A stretch of 64,000 nt of DNA from Eledone cirrhosa (lineage: Eukaryota): NCBI GenBank assembly GCA_964016885.1, contig OZ024740.1, forward strand, positions 92,814,001 through 92,878,000, read 5' to 3'. Below the pieces are notes generated by a model. The model made no database searches, had not been told where the DNA came from, and saw only the letters and a list, made by a program, of their open reading frames with translations. The translations under genes and the position numbers were made by a program. Of this stretch, positions 60,673 through 64,000 are shown one piece after another (within the stretch, counting starts at the first letter, position 1; every line of letters starts with the position of its first letter).

Positions 60673-62639
60673 TGTGTGTGTGTGTGTGTGTTTGGACGTA
60701 TATATTTAGGCTCTAACGTTTGATGCAACAATGAATTATTTATTAAATATTTGGTCTTGTTATCAGTATTGATTGCCAAAATATATGACTGTTTGCTCTT
60801 ATTTAGAAAATACTGTTTTCTTTGTTTTAATTCACTGTGAGACCGTCAGGCCTCATTTATCATGAGAGACAACGATCGTAAATCTCTTATTATAAACAGT
60901 ATATTGTATACTTATATTTATAGAGACACACAAACAATCATAACATAGATTAAGAAAGACTCAATTAATAAAACAATATAAAGCAGTCCATTGTGAATAG
61001 GAGAAGAAACAAAAGACCATTTAAACGGTACTGTATTGATAAACGTCGTAACTATTGTAAAGAAAATTAAGTGCAACGAAATGTTCCAAAACACGAATTT
61101 GAATTAACCTTTATTTCCTTTGAAATAACATTATTCAATACGATGTAACTAATATATTTACTTTAATGTAAGTGAAAAAAAGTAATCTAAAAGCAATTCA
61201 TGGAATCAAACAGTATCTTCTACTAGAAATTTCAGAAAATGTTTAAGAAATATTTATAATTATTAGTAGCATCATATTACGAAACAATGAACTAATTTTC
61301 TAATATTAAATTTACAAAGATTTACTTTTATAATAATGTGAATAAACAGACGAAGTGTCAAATTATGTATAGGTGTACTCTAGAAGCATTGCTTCATGTA
61401 TACTAAATTTCGAATATTGTGATCATAGGCCTTCTTGATACGGAATAAAACTTGTATTCTGTGCTTTCAAAACATTTATTGAAAATACAATATTGTGTTA
61501 TTTCGATGTTTTATTTCAATTGCATGATGAACATAATAATTGTTGTATGCCACAACATGGAGGTTTTTTTTATCAAATGGCATCGGAGCAGCTCTTACCA
61601 TATGTGATCTTCATTTAATATTCTTATCTACCTGGATTAAAGAGGGAAATATGAATATACGTCACTCCCGATTACCGTTACTTAGGTATGTTTCCACAGA
61701 TACAGTCCACCCGGCACACACGAGTCGGCTAGAGATTATTTTATATAAATAAGTCTTTCAACATCATGGGCCAGATTTCATCTTCCCCGGGATCTTGCCT
61801 CATTTGGACACTTTCACTGCTCTTATGACCTAAAACTCTGTGAGATTAATCACCGCTCCCGGAAGCACCTCGTGTACATCCGAGAATGCTGTTGTGATGG
61901 TCTTTAGTAGATCAGCAAAGTATTCTCTTCCATGTGAGGATGCACCTCTCTGAAGAAAGGAGGAGCACAGAAGCACTCTTATTAGCTGATTGTGGAGGGT
62001 GTCTTACTACGACGTCGGAGGATGGTCTGCCACAGCATTTTATTTATGGATCTGAAGTTGGATTCCAATTTCACCCAAAAGAAACGACCATGCCATAGCT
62101 TTGGACGCATTTACTCTCTTTGCACTGGTTTTTAATGTCTGTTCGAACCGGCTGTGCGAGAAGGAGGACTTATTTCCATGTCAAAATTCATCAGCACCCG
62201 CATTCTTCTCTCAGATGGCATATTTGACATGTTGATGTTATCAATTAGTCCTCATCCCATCCGGCGTTACACCATGCCTCTTTCTCCTGCATAATTTATC
62301 ACCTGAATTAGAAATTGCTGCTCTAAACAATCTCCACTTTGTCCCAATTTCCTTCGTGGTAGTCTTGCCAAGAAGTATATTCTTGATTTTTCGATAATGA
62401 AACGGCATACGATAGTGTTCCTCACGACATGCTGTAGAATGTTCTGCAGGACTAAGGGATCTATGGTCAGTTGCTTGCAGCGCTGAGGTTTTTAAACGTA
62501 TGCCCTTGTGTATATGTGCGGATAACTGGTGCTGAATCGAAACTATTCATTTTAGGATTCAGACAATCCCTGGGTGCGTACTGTCACATTTTCTGTTCAT
62601 TATTTACTTGAACAGTAATGCCACGCGCAGCCGGGTTGG

Positions 62640-63500
62640 AAGTTGTATAGTGACTGAAGGGTGTAAAATCAGTCAGCTGGAACTTGCATGCTGTTATGAA
62701 CTCAAGAGAAAATGATCTCCAACGTGCACTCGATATGATTTAGGCCGAGTGATAAATGGCTGGAATGAAAATAATTGCTGAGAAAATAGACTCTCGTCTC
62801 ACAAGGAAGCCTGCGAAGTGCTTCCTACATGTGAATGGAATTCCAATCAAACAGGTAGGGAAGGTACAAATATTGGATTCACAAGTGGCAGAACTAATCG
62901 AAGATTTACAGGAGCTGGTGCATTAATGTGCCAGCTTCAACATTCATTAATATAACGAAAGGAGGTAGGCGTAAAAGCCAATCTCAATAACTTCAATTCA
63001 TCATTCGTGCCAAAACCTTCTTCTTGTTATGATTCGTTTGTATTGACTGGAAGGATGCAATCGTGAATACAAGCTGTCAAAGTGCAGCTCCCCAGAGCTG
63101 TGTTAGGTGTAACGTTACATGATAGTGTGCGTAGCCCAGAGTTCAGAGTGTCACTCCGGGTAGAACCGCTACGTCTTTTAATGGAGAATTCACAGCTCCG
63201 ATACTATAAGCATATGGTTAGAATGTCTAAGGAGAAATCGCTTAACAGATTTTACGGGCAAAACCATCAGGTATGAGACCCGGTGCTAGATCCCGAGCAA
63301 GATGTGTAGATAACATGTACGAGCTTGGCTGGACTTTCTTGGGGATCCAGCCGGTTCAGTTGGAGACGGTTGATTCGGAAAGTATAAACTGGAACGAATG
63401 TTTGAGAATTCTTCCACACGACAATATCAGGAATACTTTGGAGAAGACGAAGAAGAAGAAGAAGAAGAAGAAGAAGAAGAAGAAGAAGAAGAAGAAGAAG

Positions 63501-63530
<30 letters not shown>
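62640..63530 (+). mobile_element. Decayed RTE-type LINE 3' part ending in (GAA)n
   Basis: LQRALD, AGMKI..EK, VNGIPIKQV, LGVTLHDSVRS.E.R.SL.VEPL...E.SQLRY..H..RM. Confidence 0.75.
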
Positions 63531-63531
<1 letters not shown>

Positions 63532-63535
63532 GGAT

Positions 63536-63601
<66 letters not shown>

Positions 63602-63630
63602 AAACATAATAATAATAATAATAATAATAG

Positions 63631-64000
63631 TTCACCATAGGAAAGCTGCTGAGGAGTTCAGACATTAATCTTGATCGGGGGATTGTGATAAGAGAACTTG
63701 ATCAAGAAAAAACTTACAAATATCTAGGTGTTTGTGAAGGAGGCGGAATCAAGCACTCGACAATGAGGGAAAGGATAAGGAAGGAATGTTACCGCAGAGT
63801 CAGAGCAATCTTAAGAACGGAATTGAATGCAAGGAATAGGATCGATGCCATAAACACGCTTGCCATACCAGTAGTAACCTACAGTTACAATGTCATCAAC
63901 TGGTCAAGCACAGAGATCCGTAGGCTCGATACAAAAATTCGAAAACTCTTAACCATGCACATAATGCATCACCCTAAGGCAGATATAGATAGAATATATC
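63631..64000 (+). mobile_element. Dong/R4-clade non-LTR retrotransposon, 5'-truncated, open frame running off the window, abutting (TAA)n
   Basis: Uninterrupted frame from 63631: IRELDQEKTYKYLGV...ECYRRVRAILRTELNARNRIDAINTLAIPVVTYSY.VINW...EIRRLDTKIRKLLTMH.MHHPKADIDRIY. Confidence 0.85.

Noticed and set aside
63273-63668. Poly-K/I, poly-E/N and poly-F ORFs
   Set aside because: Read-through of (GAA)n and (TAA)n tracts

Overview
AT-rich eukaryotic DNA saturated with (TA)n/(CA)n/(GA)n microsatellites. A tRNA-type SINE resembling the common octopus SINE suggests a cephalopod genome (inference). No host protein-coding gene could be supported, and almost all listed ORFs are microsatellite read-throughs. 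The window is dominated by Penelope-like retroelements (PLEs; RT plus C-terminal GIY-YIG, at least two distinct lineages, all decayed) and by about ten non-coding families that share their architecture. Nearly all sit in (TA)n tracts and carry a type I hammerhead ribozyme (about 25 motifs read by eye). Many of these hammerheads have a family-specific palindromic stem III and some have a U3-A8 core variant. Most insertions are head-to-head inverted pairs with both 3' ends facing outward, one arm ending at a reproducible 'long' end and the other at a 'short' end. Two families (524-bp and 591-bp units) occur as tandem or circularly permuted hammerhead repeats, like retrozymes. Also present: RTE LINE fragments, a Dong/R4-type LINE next to (TAA)n, a Helitron-type non-autonomous element, a hAT-like remnant and a MITE. 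Family letters are my own labels, and all alignments and folds were done by eye, so boundaries are approximate.
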